From: Octopus sinensis
Taxonomy: Eukaryota
DNA length: 64,000 bases
NCBI RefSeq assembly: GCF_006345805.1
Contig: NC_042998.1
Span: 137,454,001 to 137,518,000 of the forward strand
Reading direction: 5' to 3'
The notes beneath the pieces were generated by a model, which ran no database searches, was not told the origin of the DNA, and was given only the letters and a program-made list of their open reading frames with translations. The position numbers and the translations under genes are program-made. Positions 51,194-64,000 of this stretch are shown here, in pieces (the first letter of the stretch is position 1; every line of letters begins with the position of its first letter).

Positions 51194-51440
51194 TGCAGTT
51201 AAATATATGTCCAGTCATAGAGTGACCAATGGTTTCACATCCATAAAGTGCTTGGCTTTATAGACAATTGTCAGATACTAATGGCAAATCTGACGAGTTG
51301 TCTATAAAGCTAAGCACTTTATGGATGAGAAACCATTGGTCACTCTATGACCAAACATATATTTAACTGCATGTAAATACATTACTGTTCTGTCCTTTGG
51401 AGTAGGCTTCTTTTTCGGATATGTGATCCACTGACGATTG
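51194..51440. mobile_element. Palindromic HHR-bearing insertion in (TA)n (83-bp inverted arms)
   Basis: Arms 51194-51276 and 51288-51371. Plus arm reads CTGACGA-G-TTGTCTATAAAG(ctaagca)CTTTATGGATGA-GAAACC(att)GGTC (51290-51341). Confidence 0.75.
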
Positions 51441-51455
51441 ATATATATATATATA

Positions 51456-51636
51456 GGGAGAATTTACGAAAAAGACAAAGACAGGTGGTGTACAAAACAA
51501 ACAGATGTATTAGTATAACGCTTAGGAATAGAAAAAGTCTTTTACGTTTCGAGCCTACGCTCTTCTACAGAAAGGGACATGAAAAAACAAGGAGAGAAAA
51601 AAATGTGTGTAGTGGCTAACAATCTATCATGGCAAC
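51456..51636 (-). mobile_element. Second copy of the CUGU-core HHR element in (TA)n
   Basis: Minus strand: ccttt CTGTAGA A GAGC gtag GCTC GAAAC GTA aaaga. Colinear with 18137-18352. Confidence 0.7.
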
Positions 51637-53256
51637 TATATATATATATATATATATATATATGAGTGCATGTGAGTTGTGTGTGTATACATACACAAAC
51701 ACACACACAGGAAAAGAAGCATTGAATATTCTGCTAACACCTCAGCTATACCGAACAACAATTAAAAATATTTCCTGACTAACACGACAGCTCTTTGAAT
51801 TTATGCCACCTAGCAAACACTATAACATGTCCATATTTCTTGAAAAATAAAAATTTAAGGAATAACCACAAGGTTTATGTGGCAATTCTGAATAGCATAA
51901 CATTTATGAATGGACCAAAGCACCCAAGAAGGGACATCAAAAACTTTGATCCCAGGATATGACCCAAATGACCTGGAACTCATATAGCTTTTTTATGATT
52001 CTCCGTCCTCAGAAACTTCTTGGAAGTGTTTCCCACCCAGTGCTAGCTAACAAGAACATAACTCAAGAGTCATGACATATGCAGTTTACCACCCAATGCT
52101 AACAAGGACATAACTCAACAGTCATGACACAAACACAATTCAAAGATGTATGAATTTGATAGAAAATCTGTCTTGTTTTTTTTTCAGAATACTTCAATAA
52201 ACACCATTAGGGCTGGCTTGGTAGTCAAGTAACATTCCAAGCTGTCACCACAATTTAAAATGAACTGATTGTTTTGGCTTACTATCACCTTTATCTTATC
52301 ACTTAATATCTATCTTTGTCTACCTCTGCTAACCCCAATCACTCCCCCACCCCTCACCTACTCTTTGTCCATCTCTGTTGTTGCCAATCAGTGACCTCAC
52401 CCAAATAACCTTGCTTTTTTTCCATCATAGTCTTGCTTTTTCCACCTACCCACCTTCACTTTTGCCCACTTTTACCATTTACTCCCCTCCCAATACCACC
52501 CTTAAATTTCCCAGTTTTTTCCTCCATCATACTGTTGTTTCTTGAGCCCTTCCAACCATTCCAGTCCTTCTGGCATCATTCTTCTTTCTCTTTTTCTCCT
52601 ATTCTCCTCCTTCGTCACCTATACAAATGTACATGCCCCAGTTTATTGAATACTCTGCATACTCCCCTATCTTTCTCTCTCAAATACTCATTTCTAGTCT
52701 TTCTATTATCATTGTTCTGTCTCCAAATTTACATTTACTGTATACAAGGCTCCACCTCACCCACTGTAAAGTGGTTGGCTCTATGAGCTGAGAAAATTCG
52801 GGGTTATAATGTCCCTTTTGCCCTGTATTCACCCTCTGAGGGTTGGTGCCATTTGAAAATGCAGCCACTACACTCTATAAAGTGGTTGGCAAAAGGAAGA
52901 TCATCCAGCTATAGAAACGGCAAGCTTGTATATAGATACATACAAGCACCTACACTTTGAGTAGGTTTTGATGCAAAATGATTCATATCATGATGATCTC
53001 TCAAACCCATCTCAGCATGGAAAGATGTAAAATAATGTTGTTGTAAGTGAACTGACAGGCAATGATCTTCTGGCATTATGTAATGGATTTTGTTGCTGCT
53101 ATGCATCTGTAGAGGAACAAAACCATCTTGACCCTTTCTAGTGATCACTACTGTTAAGAAATAAGTGAATACTGCATATAACAACTTTTGACTAAAGATG
53201 ATACTCTCACAATGTAATTGTTTTTAGTTATAAACAACAAATGGTCTAGGATCAAG

Positions 53257-53292
<36 letters not shown>

Positions 53293-53527
53293 GCATATTA
53301 ATATCATTTTCATCATTTTTTATTTTGCTTCTTTTAGTCATTGGACTGCAGCCATAATGGTGCACTGCCTTAAAGAGTTCAAACAAATCAGTCCTAGTTC
53401 TTATTTTTAAGTCTGGTACATATTCTATCACTTTCTTTTGCCAAACCACTAAGTTAAAGAATGTAAACAAACCTACAACAGTTGTCAAAGCATTGCTGGG
53501 GACAAAGATACATACACCTACATACAT

Positions 53528-53559
<32 letters not shown>

Positions 53560-54060
53560 AATGGGCGTCCACACAGTTTCTGCCCACCAAATTCACTCAC
53601 AAGCCAGTAGTTAATCCAGGACAAGGTGTCATTGATAGGACCAAGCCCAAAAGCACATGATTGCAAACAAACTTCTTTAAATACGCATAACTATATACAT
53701 CAATGCCTACACAATACATCTTTACACAGATGTCATGTCTATTGAATTGAGCTTTCAATTTCTCCTCTATTATTTTGTGATTAAACTTGTCTGGCAGCTA
53801 ATCAATCTTTATGAAATATGAGTGGTAACCTACTATTACCTTTTTTTAATAAAATTCAAAGAGATCTATTCTAACATCAATGAATACTGGAGTATCTGGA
53901 GTATCTGTGAGTTTTAGTGGTTTAGAGTTTGACTTGCTATGGTAAAATATAGTTGGAATTTACAAAAGACAAAGACTGGTGTATAAACAATAAACAGGTG
54001 TATTGGTTTAACGCTTGGGAAGATGAGAAAGTTTTTTATGTTTTAGCCTATATTGATATA

Positions 54061-54863
54061 CAAGGTGCATTCCAGAAGTTTTTGAACTTTTTCAAGAGAG
54101 ACATTTATTAATTTCAAAGAAGTACAAAGCTCTAATCTCCTTCAAAATAGGATCCTCTGACTTCAGTGCACTTGTTGCAGCACTCCAGCCACTTTGTGAA
54201 GGCCCTATAAAAATCCTCTAAAGCGAAGGTGTCCAGGACCCATATCACAGCCACTTTCATCTTCAAAACAACCTCCCCGAAGTTTTTCAGCTTGAACAAC
54301 GAAAAGTCAGAGAACAAGAGCTGAACTGTAGGGAGGGTGAGGGATGATTTTGATGCCCATCTCTGTCAAGTATTTTGTTAGCGGGATGCTCACTACTAAG
54401 CACCTTGAGAACAAATTTTGCACATGAATAATTCGCTGTACAGTTGCCAAACCAACTCCAAACTGTATGCCTATTTTCTTTATAGACATATGACAGACTT
54501 CTTCCTCTCCCTCCCACACCTCACATCATCTCCCACCTCCTCTCTATCGTCTGTGAACCATTTGTGCCAGCGAAAAATTAATCATTAACAATCTGGAACA
54601 TTTCATAAGTTTCCGTAGCATTTTCACCCCGTTTAACACAAAACTTTATGGCATAGTGAGCTTCCAAGCAACCTGACTGAATAATGCAAACTAGTCAGCT
54701 GAGACAAGCAAAGTTTAATAGGGTATGTTCAAAGTGCTGCTGCACAGCTAATTAGATATATTAAAATCATGATATTATAAAGACATACTAAAATTATAAT
54801 TATCTTGTACATTTATAACTGCCTCTCCTAAAAAATGCCTGTAAACTTCTGAAATACACCTAG
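54061..54863 (-). mobile_element. mariner (DD34D-type) transposon, internally deleted
   Basis: TIRs CAAGGTGCATTCCAGAAGTTT / CTAGGTGTATTTCAGAAGTTT, TA TSDs. Relic 'IPHPPYSSALV..SDFSLF' (HPPYSPDLAP) and C-terminal 'WLECCNKCTEVRGSYFE'. Confidence 0.85.
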
Positions 54864-57800
54864 TATATTATGAAGAATATATATAAGCATAAACGCACAT
54901 GCACACACACATGAATGTATATTGTTTGTTTTATGTCAAGTTGTATATGACAATAATTCGACATTAATCCAAAGGATTACTCAATACTTTTTATTAGAGA
55001 ACATACTTATTGAACTTTTACAAGGTAAAGGTTAACAGTGGCTTTGAATATTCAACTTGCCCACCTTCATCAGTCTGACAAAGAAGTATGCCAAAACAGT
55101 GAAGTCACTGTGACATGTTTCTTCATAAAGTTTGATTACATAGCTATCTGTATGCCTATGAATATATTCATAGGCATGGCTGTGTAGTTAAGGTCTCTTT
55201 CCATTCATATGGTTTTGAGTTCAGTCCATCACATGGCACCTAAAGCTCTACGAGGGGAATTGGTAGTTGGAAACTGGAAGAAGCTCATCGTGTGTGTGTG
55301 TGTGTGTGTGCATACGTACATCTATGTATGTATGTATATAAAGTTTGTCTTGTACACACACATACATATAGTAGTAGTATGGGAGTATGCATTGTGACAG
55401 TGCATCACCACATCCACCATTTGTTGATGATACTCTAGTCCTGGTGGATGACACCTTTGCACCATTCAGGTGATAACCATCCAAACCAAGGGCCTGTTTG
55501 GGTTGTTGTTGCTGGTGAGGGTTTTACAAAGTCGGAGTACAAATCTTACATCAATCTCTTTTGGCTGTCTTTTGCGACATACAGAGGAAACATTGGGTCT
55601 ACTTTAACATGCCAGTCTCCATGCTGCATATGCGCGCGCACACACACACACACATCAATTTCTATCCACTAAATTTCAATCTCAACTTGAGAATACATTG
55701 GAAGGCACTTGCCATATAATGTTATGCAGTGGAATAATCATCATCATTAGCAGCAGCATTTAACGTCTGTTTTCCATGCTTGCATGGCTTGGACAGCTTG
55801 AATGGAGCTGGTAAGGCAAGGAGCAACACCATGCTTCATTGTCTGTTTTGACATGGTTTCATCTGCTGGATGCCTTTCCTAATGCCAACCACTCCACAGA
55901 GTGTACTGGATGCTTTTTATGTGGCACCAGCACTGGTATCAATTCTGCTGAAATTACATTGTTGTGATACAAACTACTTTACCCACACAACTATGCTTGC
56001 ACCCATACTTGCCTTATAGTTATTCTATCGACCCTAGAATGCTGAAAAGCAAAGGCAATAGAGATGGAGTTTGAACTCACAATATAAAGAAACATAACTA
56101 AATATCAAAATAGCATTTGTCTCCTTCTCTACCAATTCTATTAATCTTCTGACCATCTCAGAGTAGATAATTGTTTCTAGCAGGGCATGAGGCTTGAAAT
56201 TTGAGCAGAGAGGGCTAGTCGATACCATCAATTCCAGTACTTGACTGGTATTTCATTTTATCAATCTCAAATGGCCTATTGGTTAGGTTGTTGCACTTAG
56301 AATCATAAGAGCACAGTTTTGATTCCTGGACCAGACAGCATGTGTTCTTGAGCAAAACACTTCATTTCACATTGTTCCAATTCACTCACCTTAAGATGAG
56401 AAGCCCTGTGATGACTAACATCTTGTTCAAAGGAAATGTGATAGCGGTCTCTTACTCGCCATAAAAACTGGGTAACTGGCTCTCGGAGTCCTATAACTTA
56501 AGACAGTAATGTCCAGAGATTGATGATGATGAAAAGCATGAAAGACAGTTTTAAGGATTCTACCAATCCCTGTAATTGTTTCTAACATTTGAAATTTGTG
56601 GCAGAGAAATTAGTTAATTATTTCAATCTTAGTACTTAACTGGTACTTTATTTTATCAACCCTGAAATGATGAAATACAAAAATGACCTTGATGATTTAA
56701 ACTCAGAACATAAGGAGCTGGACTAAATACCACAAAGTATGTGCTTTATGTTCTAATGATTCTACCAATCCAGTACTTCCACAATTACTTCAAATATAAA
56801 TGCAAAGCTTGAAATTTGTGGGAAGTTAGGTTAATTAATTACGCCAACCTCGGTATTTGACTGATACTTTATTTTATTCCTCTTGAAAAGCTGAAAGAAA
56901 ATTTGACCTCTGCAAGATTTGAACTCAGAATAAACACCACAAGACACTTTTTTCCAATTCAGCCAATCCACTTATCTTTCTTCTGAGTAAATAGTAATAA
57001 TATCAAGTTTTATGTGTATGTAAAAAAAAATTATTTAGCTAATTTATATTAACATGATAAGCCCAACAGGATCCACTTACTAATCAATGATATGAGTTAA
57101 TCTATATAAATTATACACTGGCAGCATCTGGTCAGGCTAGAAGTTCACTTAATTTATTGTTTTCTCTGTTTCAATTGTTGCTTAATTTTATATATTTATT
57201 GATTTTGCTTTGTTAGAATCAGGTTTTATAGAATTAGTGTTTTATATTTGCAGTATGGGGTTTTTAGCTGTAAAGATATTGACTATTAATTATATATTAA
57301 TATGTTAACTCTATAGTTGAGGTAAATTGACTTAGTTCAGAGTGGTCTACTGTATTATATGTCTTTGTGAATAAAGTCAAAGTTCAGAAAAGTGAGCCTT
57401 ATAGTTTAATGTGCTTGCTTATGATCATGCAAAGTGCAGTTTGTTGTTTCATGTTATTAGATAACTATACTTCTCAAAATGAGCAATATCATCCAGTGGA
57501 GATGGTGAACAATTTTATATTTGTACAGAAGACCAGGAGACTGTACAGGAAATTTGTGAGGAGGTGGGTTAGTCTACATTGACCCCAGTACTTGACTGGT
57601 ACTTTATTTTTTTCCTCTTGAAAAGATAAAATACAAATATGACTCCAGCAAGATTTGAACTCAGAACAAATACCTCAAGATATTTTGTCCAAAGCTCTAA
57701 CAATTCAGTTGTACAGTTTTTTCTTTCTTTTTTAGTTTTTGACACACATTTAAATATTAACTTTCAAAATATAAATTTAAAATGTAATATGGTAAACTAC

Positions 57801-58239
57801 TTGTTAGCTACAATCATAACAGCTATAACTATAACCACAGCATCAACAAAAATAACTTCAAAATGTGAATAAGTAAATAAGAAAAGCCAAATATATACCA
57901 GCTATGTTTATAGTAGTGTGGCGTTGTTGTAAGTAATCACCTGTATCAAATTAGTACCTGGAATTAAATTATTCTGGCCGGATATTACATCAATGTAGAT
58001 TAAAAATGAGTGGGAAGGATTTGAGTTGTAGCAAGGAGACATTGAAAAAGTTTTATGGAAAAGAGGTCATAATTAAAAATAGTTTGAGAACACTGCTGTA
58101 TAGTGTTTAGTTACATTGATGTTTTATATATTGACTTGCTAATTTAATTTTTAAGTCTCAGGGAGACACCAAATGTGAATTCAATTGATCTGTTGCAGTT
58201 TCGATGACTCATGATTTGTTATGTGTGTTATGCATGCAT

Positions 58240-58905
58240 GTATGGCTGTGTGGTTAAGGAGCTGACTTCCCAACCATGTGGCCACTGGTTCAGTCCTACT
58301 TTGTGACACCTTGGGCAAGTGTCTCCTGTGGCCTCAGGCTGACCAAAGCCTTGTGAGTAAATTTAGTAGGTGGAAACTAGAAAAAACCCAATGTGTGTAT
58401 GTGTATTCTTGTGTACACACACATGTATATGCATTTACAAATATACACACATATATATGTATATAGCTCAGTTGGTAGAGCATCAGTCTTTTATAAGTCA
58501 ACCGTCAAAGTATTATGAGGGTTATGAGTTTGAATCCTTCTGCAGGTCTATGACTTTTTAGGCTCAGGCGTGGCTGTGTGGTAAAAAGCATTCTTCCCAA
58601 CCACATGGTTCTGGGTTCAGTCTCACTGCATGCCACCTTGGGCAAATGCCTGCTACTACAGCCTAGGGCCAACCAAAGCCTTGTAAGGGGATCTGATAGG
58701 CGGAAACTGAAAGAAGCCTGTCGTATGTATATATGTATGTATGTTTGTATATGTTTCTGCATATGTATGTTTATATGTGTGTGTGTATATATATGTGTGT
58801 GTGTGTATACGTTTGTGTGTGTGTGTGTGTGTGTGTATATGTATGTTTGTGTGTATATATATAAATGTATGTTTGTGTATATATATATGTATGTATGTTT
58901 GTATA

Positions 58906-58936
<31 letters not shown>

Positions 58937-58980
58937 TTGTGTATATATATGTATGTGAGCATATATATGTGTGTGTGTAC
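58240..58980 (+). mobile_element. Two SINE family A 5' halves with long TA/TG microsatellite
   Basis: Heads at ~58240 and ~58566 (tggctgtgtggt...ggttcagtc...ccttgggcaa). Confidence 0.75.
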
Positions 58981-59892
58981 CTTTGTTAAATGAGCATCAC
59001 TGTCATAGAAATGCTGTTGTTTCTAGTCTTCCATGACAAACACTGCTAGTCACATGAAAAAAATTACCATAATTCAAAATCAGCTCAGCTTGGTGACAGG
59101 AAAGGGGTTCCAGTCATAGAAAATCTGCCTCAGTAAAATGATGTATTTTTTGCATTAACAGTGATTTGGGGGCAATGTTGCATATTATTCCTGCATGGTT
59201 TGTATATGAATGGATTCAGTGGTTCATGGAGGTGATTTTTAAAAATTTATTTATTTGTATTTTTCTTCTTTTTTTTTTAATTTTTATTTAGTCAGTGCCA
59301 ATGGTTATTTACAGGGATTCTGGGAGGAGGGAAGGTGTCTACAAACCAGAGATCTGGTCTGAATGCTTGCAACTAAGTGGTTTCTAAAGGGACTCAAGGT
59401 GCTAGATGGTAATGTTTAAAGTAGGTGGTGGGTTGAGTCTGCCATCAAGTCAGCCATGGTGGGATTTGAACTCCAAATATAAAGTACTGAAACAAATATC
59501 ACAATGCATTAAGTACAACATTCATGCAGTTCTGACACCTCATGACCTTTTGTTTTTGACCCTGAAAGGGTGAAAGGCGAAGTTGATCACAGCAGTGTTT
59601 AAACTAGCACAGAGAGATGAAACAAGCCCACTGACAACTTTACCAATTTACCAGGGTTGTATAGAAAAAGACTGCATCTAGATCTTTATGTGTACCTTTA
59701 CATTTAAATGTGTTTGTAAGCCTACACCTTTATTCATATGCTAATACATGCTTGTATGCAATCATACATATTCAAGGTCTACATCTATTATTCTATAAAT
59801 ACATGTAAACATGTTACAGAGCACGTATATATATAAACGTATAGCTTTATCAATACATGATTTTAATTCTGCTCCCATGAGTGTATGAATGT

Positions 59893-60270
59893 AGAGTGGC
59901 TGTGTGGTAACTAGCTTGCTTACCAACCATATGGTTCTGAGTTCAATCCCACTGTGTGGCATCTTGGGCAAGTGGCTTCTTCTATAGCCTCAGGATGACC
60001 AAAGCCTTGTGAGTGGATTTGGTAGACAGAAACTGAAAGAAGCCTGTTATATATGTTTGTGTGTCTGTGTTTGTTCCCCACCACCACCACTACCATCGCT
60101 TGACAACCGAAATTGGTGTGTTTATGTACCTGTAACTTAGCAGTTCAACAAAAGAGACTGATAGAATAAGTACTAGGCTTACAAAGAATAAGTCCTGGGG
60201 TTGATGTGTTCGACTAAAGGCAGTGTTCTAGCATGGCTGCAGTCAAATGACTGACAGAAATAAAAGAATA
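59893..60270 (+). mobile_element. Full-length SINE family A (tRNA head, CORE-like 'cttgggcaagt' block, internal microsatellite)
   Basis: A box TGGCTGTGTGG, B box GAGTTCAATCC, 3' end 'caaatgactga...taaaagaata'. Confidence 0.85.
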
Positions 60271-60976
60271 TGTAAATATACAAAGTTGAATGGCTAGTTT
60301 AACTACTTGAATTATTTGTTATTTATTCACCCTTGCCTCAACACTAGCATACTTTGTTTCATTACAACTCTTTTTGTAGCTCTATCTAAAGAATAACAGC
60401 CTTTCTTTATTTTTATTCTTATGTCTGTCCAGCTAGTAAGTGTCATAAAGTATAAAAGCAGATAGTTGCGGATGTGATTTAAAAAATAGTTTTAGAAGCC
60501 CATTGAATGGCTGTGCATATAAGCTGCTTGACCACTAACTACATAGTCAAGTGTTCAAACTCCACTATAACTATTGTCTAGGATCCCAAGGCAATATTAT
60601 TACTTTAAACAAACATTTCACTAGGTCAAATATGTTTACAATGCCAACCTAGGTTAGAACAAAATAATATACTAAGCATATAGATAGAAATGACTTCACT
60701 GTTCCATCTAGCTGTTGGTATTTTTAATACGTACTGCTGAAGGCCAGAATTTTTTCAGTAGCAAACAGTGAATACAGTCATTTTACAAATCAAATATATT
60801 CCAGATATATTTGATGTGATCTAAATGTTTGTTTACTCACAACACTATTTTCAAATGTCTATTACAAAATACATTGCTTTGTTAACAGAAAATTGCAATC
60901 ACTTTCATCTCACAACTGAGTGGTTAGCACTTGGTTATCTAGGTAAAAAAGAAAAGCAAGAATCATAACAGATTAA

Positions 60977-61196
60977 CCCTTTTGTTACTGTATTTCTGTG
61001 GAGATGCTCTGTTTCTTTCAATTAATTTTAAATATAACAGAGAATTTAGTAAAATAACTTAGTTATCATTAAGCTCATGTTAGGAACATAAATTGTGACA
61101 AAGGTTTGGTGGAAGATTTTCATTCAGAACTTTTGAAAACAAAACATTTGTACTATAGAGCCAGAAGTGGTTTCAGCTGGGTTGGTATCAAAAGGG
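60977..61196. mobile_element. piggyBac-like MITE
   Basis: TTAA|CCCTTTTGTTAC...GTATCAAAAGGG|TTTA; reverse of 9446-9663. Confidence 0.65.
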
Positions 61197-61581
61197 TTTA
61201 TAATCCTATAGCAGTAGCTTGATCAAAGTCAGAAGGATTTATTGAAAACAATTCAGTACTGAGTAGAGTCATTGGAATAGAGTTGCTACAGCAGAAAGAA
61301 AAAAAAACTTTTAGAATCAAAATTATTTGTATAAAAATTTCTGAATCTTAGCTGACCAAATTCAGTTAGTATAATCATCAAGAAACAAATAAAGATTACT
61401 AAAATTGTCCAGACTGAAATTCTCTATCTAAAAAGCTTACTAACTCTTGGCAGCAAGTCATACAGACCACTGTGCTTCCTTCATTCATATCATTTATAGT
61501 CATTGTATGATCCGTTAATACCTGCTTCTACAGATATAAAATCTCATAGCTTTTACTCACAAATGATTATGACCTGATAGC

Positions 61582-61716
61582 TATTATGTGCTATACTTTT
61601 GCGTATTGTTTTAACTGCTTGCAAGCACCACATAAAGGCGCATGTGCACCGTCAATGTGTGTGCAGGCACTTTGTGAAGACAGTCGTAGAAGTTGTTGAG
61701 AAGAGATATTGTTTGT
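61582..61716 (+). mobile_element. LTR fragment related to the Gypsy LTR at 62628-62790
   Basis: 61657-61716 is the near-perfect reverse complement of ~62727-62785. Begins TATTATGT, close to the TGTTATGT LTR terminus. Confidence 0.55.
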
Positions 61717-62171
61717 CTTGATTGTAAATGAGCATAACCCTCATACAAGCAATGTTGTTCATTTCAAGTCTTCCATAAAAAGCATGCCTGGCAATGGGGA
61801 AGTGTCATGCTTAGAAACAGGTGAGGGTTGGCAACAGGAAAGACATCCAGCTGTAGAAAATCTACCTCAACAAATTCTATCCAAGCCTTGCAAACATGGA
61901 AAAGTGGATGTTAAATGATGATGATCATGATGATGAAACTTGATACATATCTCATATCTTTTACTTGCTCCAGTCATTGGACTGTGCCTGTATTGGAGCA
62001 CCGTCTTAAGGAGTTTAATGAAGCTAATCAACCCCTGTACTTATTTTTAAGTCTGGTACTTATTCTATTAGTCTCTTTTCCCAAACAGCTAGCTGGCTTA
62101 TTTACATGGACACAAATAAACCAACACTAGTTGTCAAGTGATGGTGGAGGAAGAAACACAAATACACATAC

Positions 62172-62620
62172 ACATGTCATTTCACAACCAGCCCCAAATA
62201 CCATCATACCAGATTTTGATGTTACCATCTTTGATACATCTCTCAAAAACATAGAGCATTTTCCATATCTAGGCAGCCTTTTATCAAACAAGTGCACTTC
62301 AAAAAAGGATGGGGAACACAGAATTGGAGCTGTGCATGGGGCATTTGGAAAGTTAACCAAACACGTCTTCAACAACAAAGATATAACTTAACAACTAAAA
62401 TTATAGTTTATAATGTCATTTCAACCTTGCTATATGGCTTTGAAACCTTGACTTTATACTGTCACGATGTCCAAAAGTTAGAATGCTTTCACCAACAAAA
62501 GCTTTGTTCAATCATGGCCATCAAGTGGAAAACTATGTGACCAACAACGAAGTCCTGGAAAGAGCCAGCAGTCAAAGTATCAAATTAATGGTCAGAACAT
62601 GTAGCAAGAATGAAAGAGTT
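62172..62620 (+). pseudogene. RTE/BovB-like LINE RT C-terminal fragment (no PHD insert)
   Basis: 'VISQPAP...LKNIEHFPYLGSLLS...RIGAVHGAFGKL...TKIIVYN..STLLYGFET...LECFHQQKLCSIMAIKW...VTNNEVL'. Confidence 0.85.
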
Positions 62621-62627
62621 AAATCTT

Positions 62628-63757
62628 TGTTATGTCCTTCTTTGAACTCACTGTATATGCCACTTTATAATGTGGACTTATAATAAGGTTATAACAATAT
62701 AAATATAAATCAGAAACAACACATAACAAACAATATCTCTTCTCAACAACTTCTACGACTGTCTTCACAAAGCGCCTGCACACACCAGACTGTCCTTCAT
62801 TGACTGTTTAGGACAGTTGACTTGCGATCCCACAAGGGTGTCAGGATTTCAACAATTTTTCAATATCCTGATCCATATTTGACTAGTAAACATAGCTTCT
62901 CATCAATCCTTTCATTCTCGCAATTCCTGGATGTCCCATGTAGAATTCTTTTAACATATGGTTTTGCAAAGAAAAAAGTATTACAACTTTCTGAGTGTAC
63001 ATAAGTATGTCATCACATATCAAATACCATTTCAGAACTGTGTTACCCTTGGTTACATGAGTTTTTGTATTTGCTTCAAGCTTCGCTATTCTAGCCCTTA
63101 TCTCTGCATCTTTACTTGCCGTTAATCTTTGTATGAAGATTAAACATTTAAACATGTCCGAGCTTAATTCGAGTTTAAATTTTTCACATTCTCTATTTAC
63201 GATTTTGGCATACGTGACGAAATCTTCCATTTCTTTATTTTTTCAAATTCAAACACTCCCAGAAAATATTAAATAGTGAACTTCTTTCACTGTATATTTT
63301 AGATAATAGCTTAATTGTTTCCTCGAAGCAAATTTTAGATGTAATTACAAAACTTTTCATGTTCTGGTAATAATTTCCTTAAAAGAAGACATACCTTCTT
63401 TTTGTCCATCCAGCTTTTATACCCTTCCTTGAAGATTCCTTCATACCTTCTGAAGTATGCAGAAAATGTAATCCCTTCTTCCAGATTATATGTAAATTCT
63501 TCAATTGAATTAGCAACCATGTCTGCCAAAAATGAACCTGAAGTGTTTTTTGACTGAAATAATAATTCCAACAACTGTTAATTTTGTTGTTATAGTTGCT
63601 GTTGTACCTGTTCTTGCTCTTTCTGTTGTTCTTGTTGTTACTGCTGTAGTTGCCATTGCAACTGTTGCTGCTCTTGTTGTAGTTGCCATTACAACTGAAC
63701 CACAGAAGCTAATAGGTCTTCCATGCTAAGAACGTCCACTGTTGTCTTGCTCAACCC
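62628..63757 (-). mobile_element. Deleted Ty3/Gypsy (Mag-like) LTR retrotransposon: Q-rich gag joined to integrase Zn-finger region, plus partial 3' LTR
   Basis: ATG at 63724, MEDLLAS + poly-Q; 'NSIEEFTY...TFSAYFRRYE...KVCLLLRKL'; 'EDFVTYAKIVNRECEKFKL...FKCLIF'; 'GHPGIARMKGLMRSYVY'. LTR-like end ...GGACATAACA at 62628. Confidence 0.8.
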
Positions 63758-64000
63758 TGTTATGTCCTGTATTATGACAGCTTACTTCGCCGTCGGCCCG
63801 ACTGGCCCCTATCTCAGTGACTGGCCAAGAACAGTATACCTCGTCAACTGCCTGCTCCACTTGTAGCTGTTCATTATATATTTGTAGTGGAATGACTCAC
63901 TTCTCTCGCTCGGGGTGTCCTCCACAACAATCTTATTCAGTGAGCTCACTTCAGAAAAAAGACCACGAGGTTGCCCTCTTCGAAGGTACAAGGACCAACT
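63758..64000. mobile_element. Possible LTR of another element running off the window
   Basis: Begins TGTTATGTCC like the terminus at 62628 but diverges afterwards. Retains CpGs. Confidence 0.35.

Noticed and set aside
55395-55620. FVDDT/VDDT peptide suggesting an RT motif
   Set aside because: No flanking RT motifs and an immediate stop.

Overview
AT-rich, microsatellite- and transposon-dense eukaryotic DNA, mostly intronic or intergenic. The repeat repertoire (tRNA-derived SINEs with internal microsatellites, RTE LINEs with (GAT)n tails, Penelope-like elements, Chapaev, mariner, Helitron, Ty3/Gypsy) most resembles an octopus or other coleoid cephalopod genome; this is inferred from pattern recognition, not a database search. 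No intact multi-exon host gene is visible. There is one CpG-rich housekeeping-type promoter (~28.4-29.05 kb) and a candidate first coding exon running off the left edge on the minus strand (209->1). Almost all ORFs in the supplied track are repeat or microsatellite artefacts. Main signals: (1) a palindromic Penelope-like element (22363-24994) whose 3' pseudo-LTR carries a tRNA-like Pol III cassette followed by a minimal hammerhead ribozyme (HHR), with short ORF-less copies of the same module at ~5.1 kb and ~41 kb; (2) several further unrelated HHR-bearing short elements, most sitting in (TA)n tracts, some with recurrent non-canonical catalytic cores; (3) an RTE-clade LINE, present twice, with a PHD finger inserted inside the reverse transcriptase region of ORF2.
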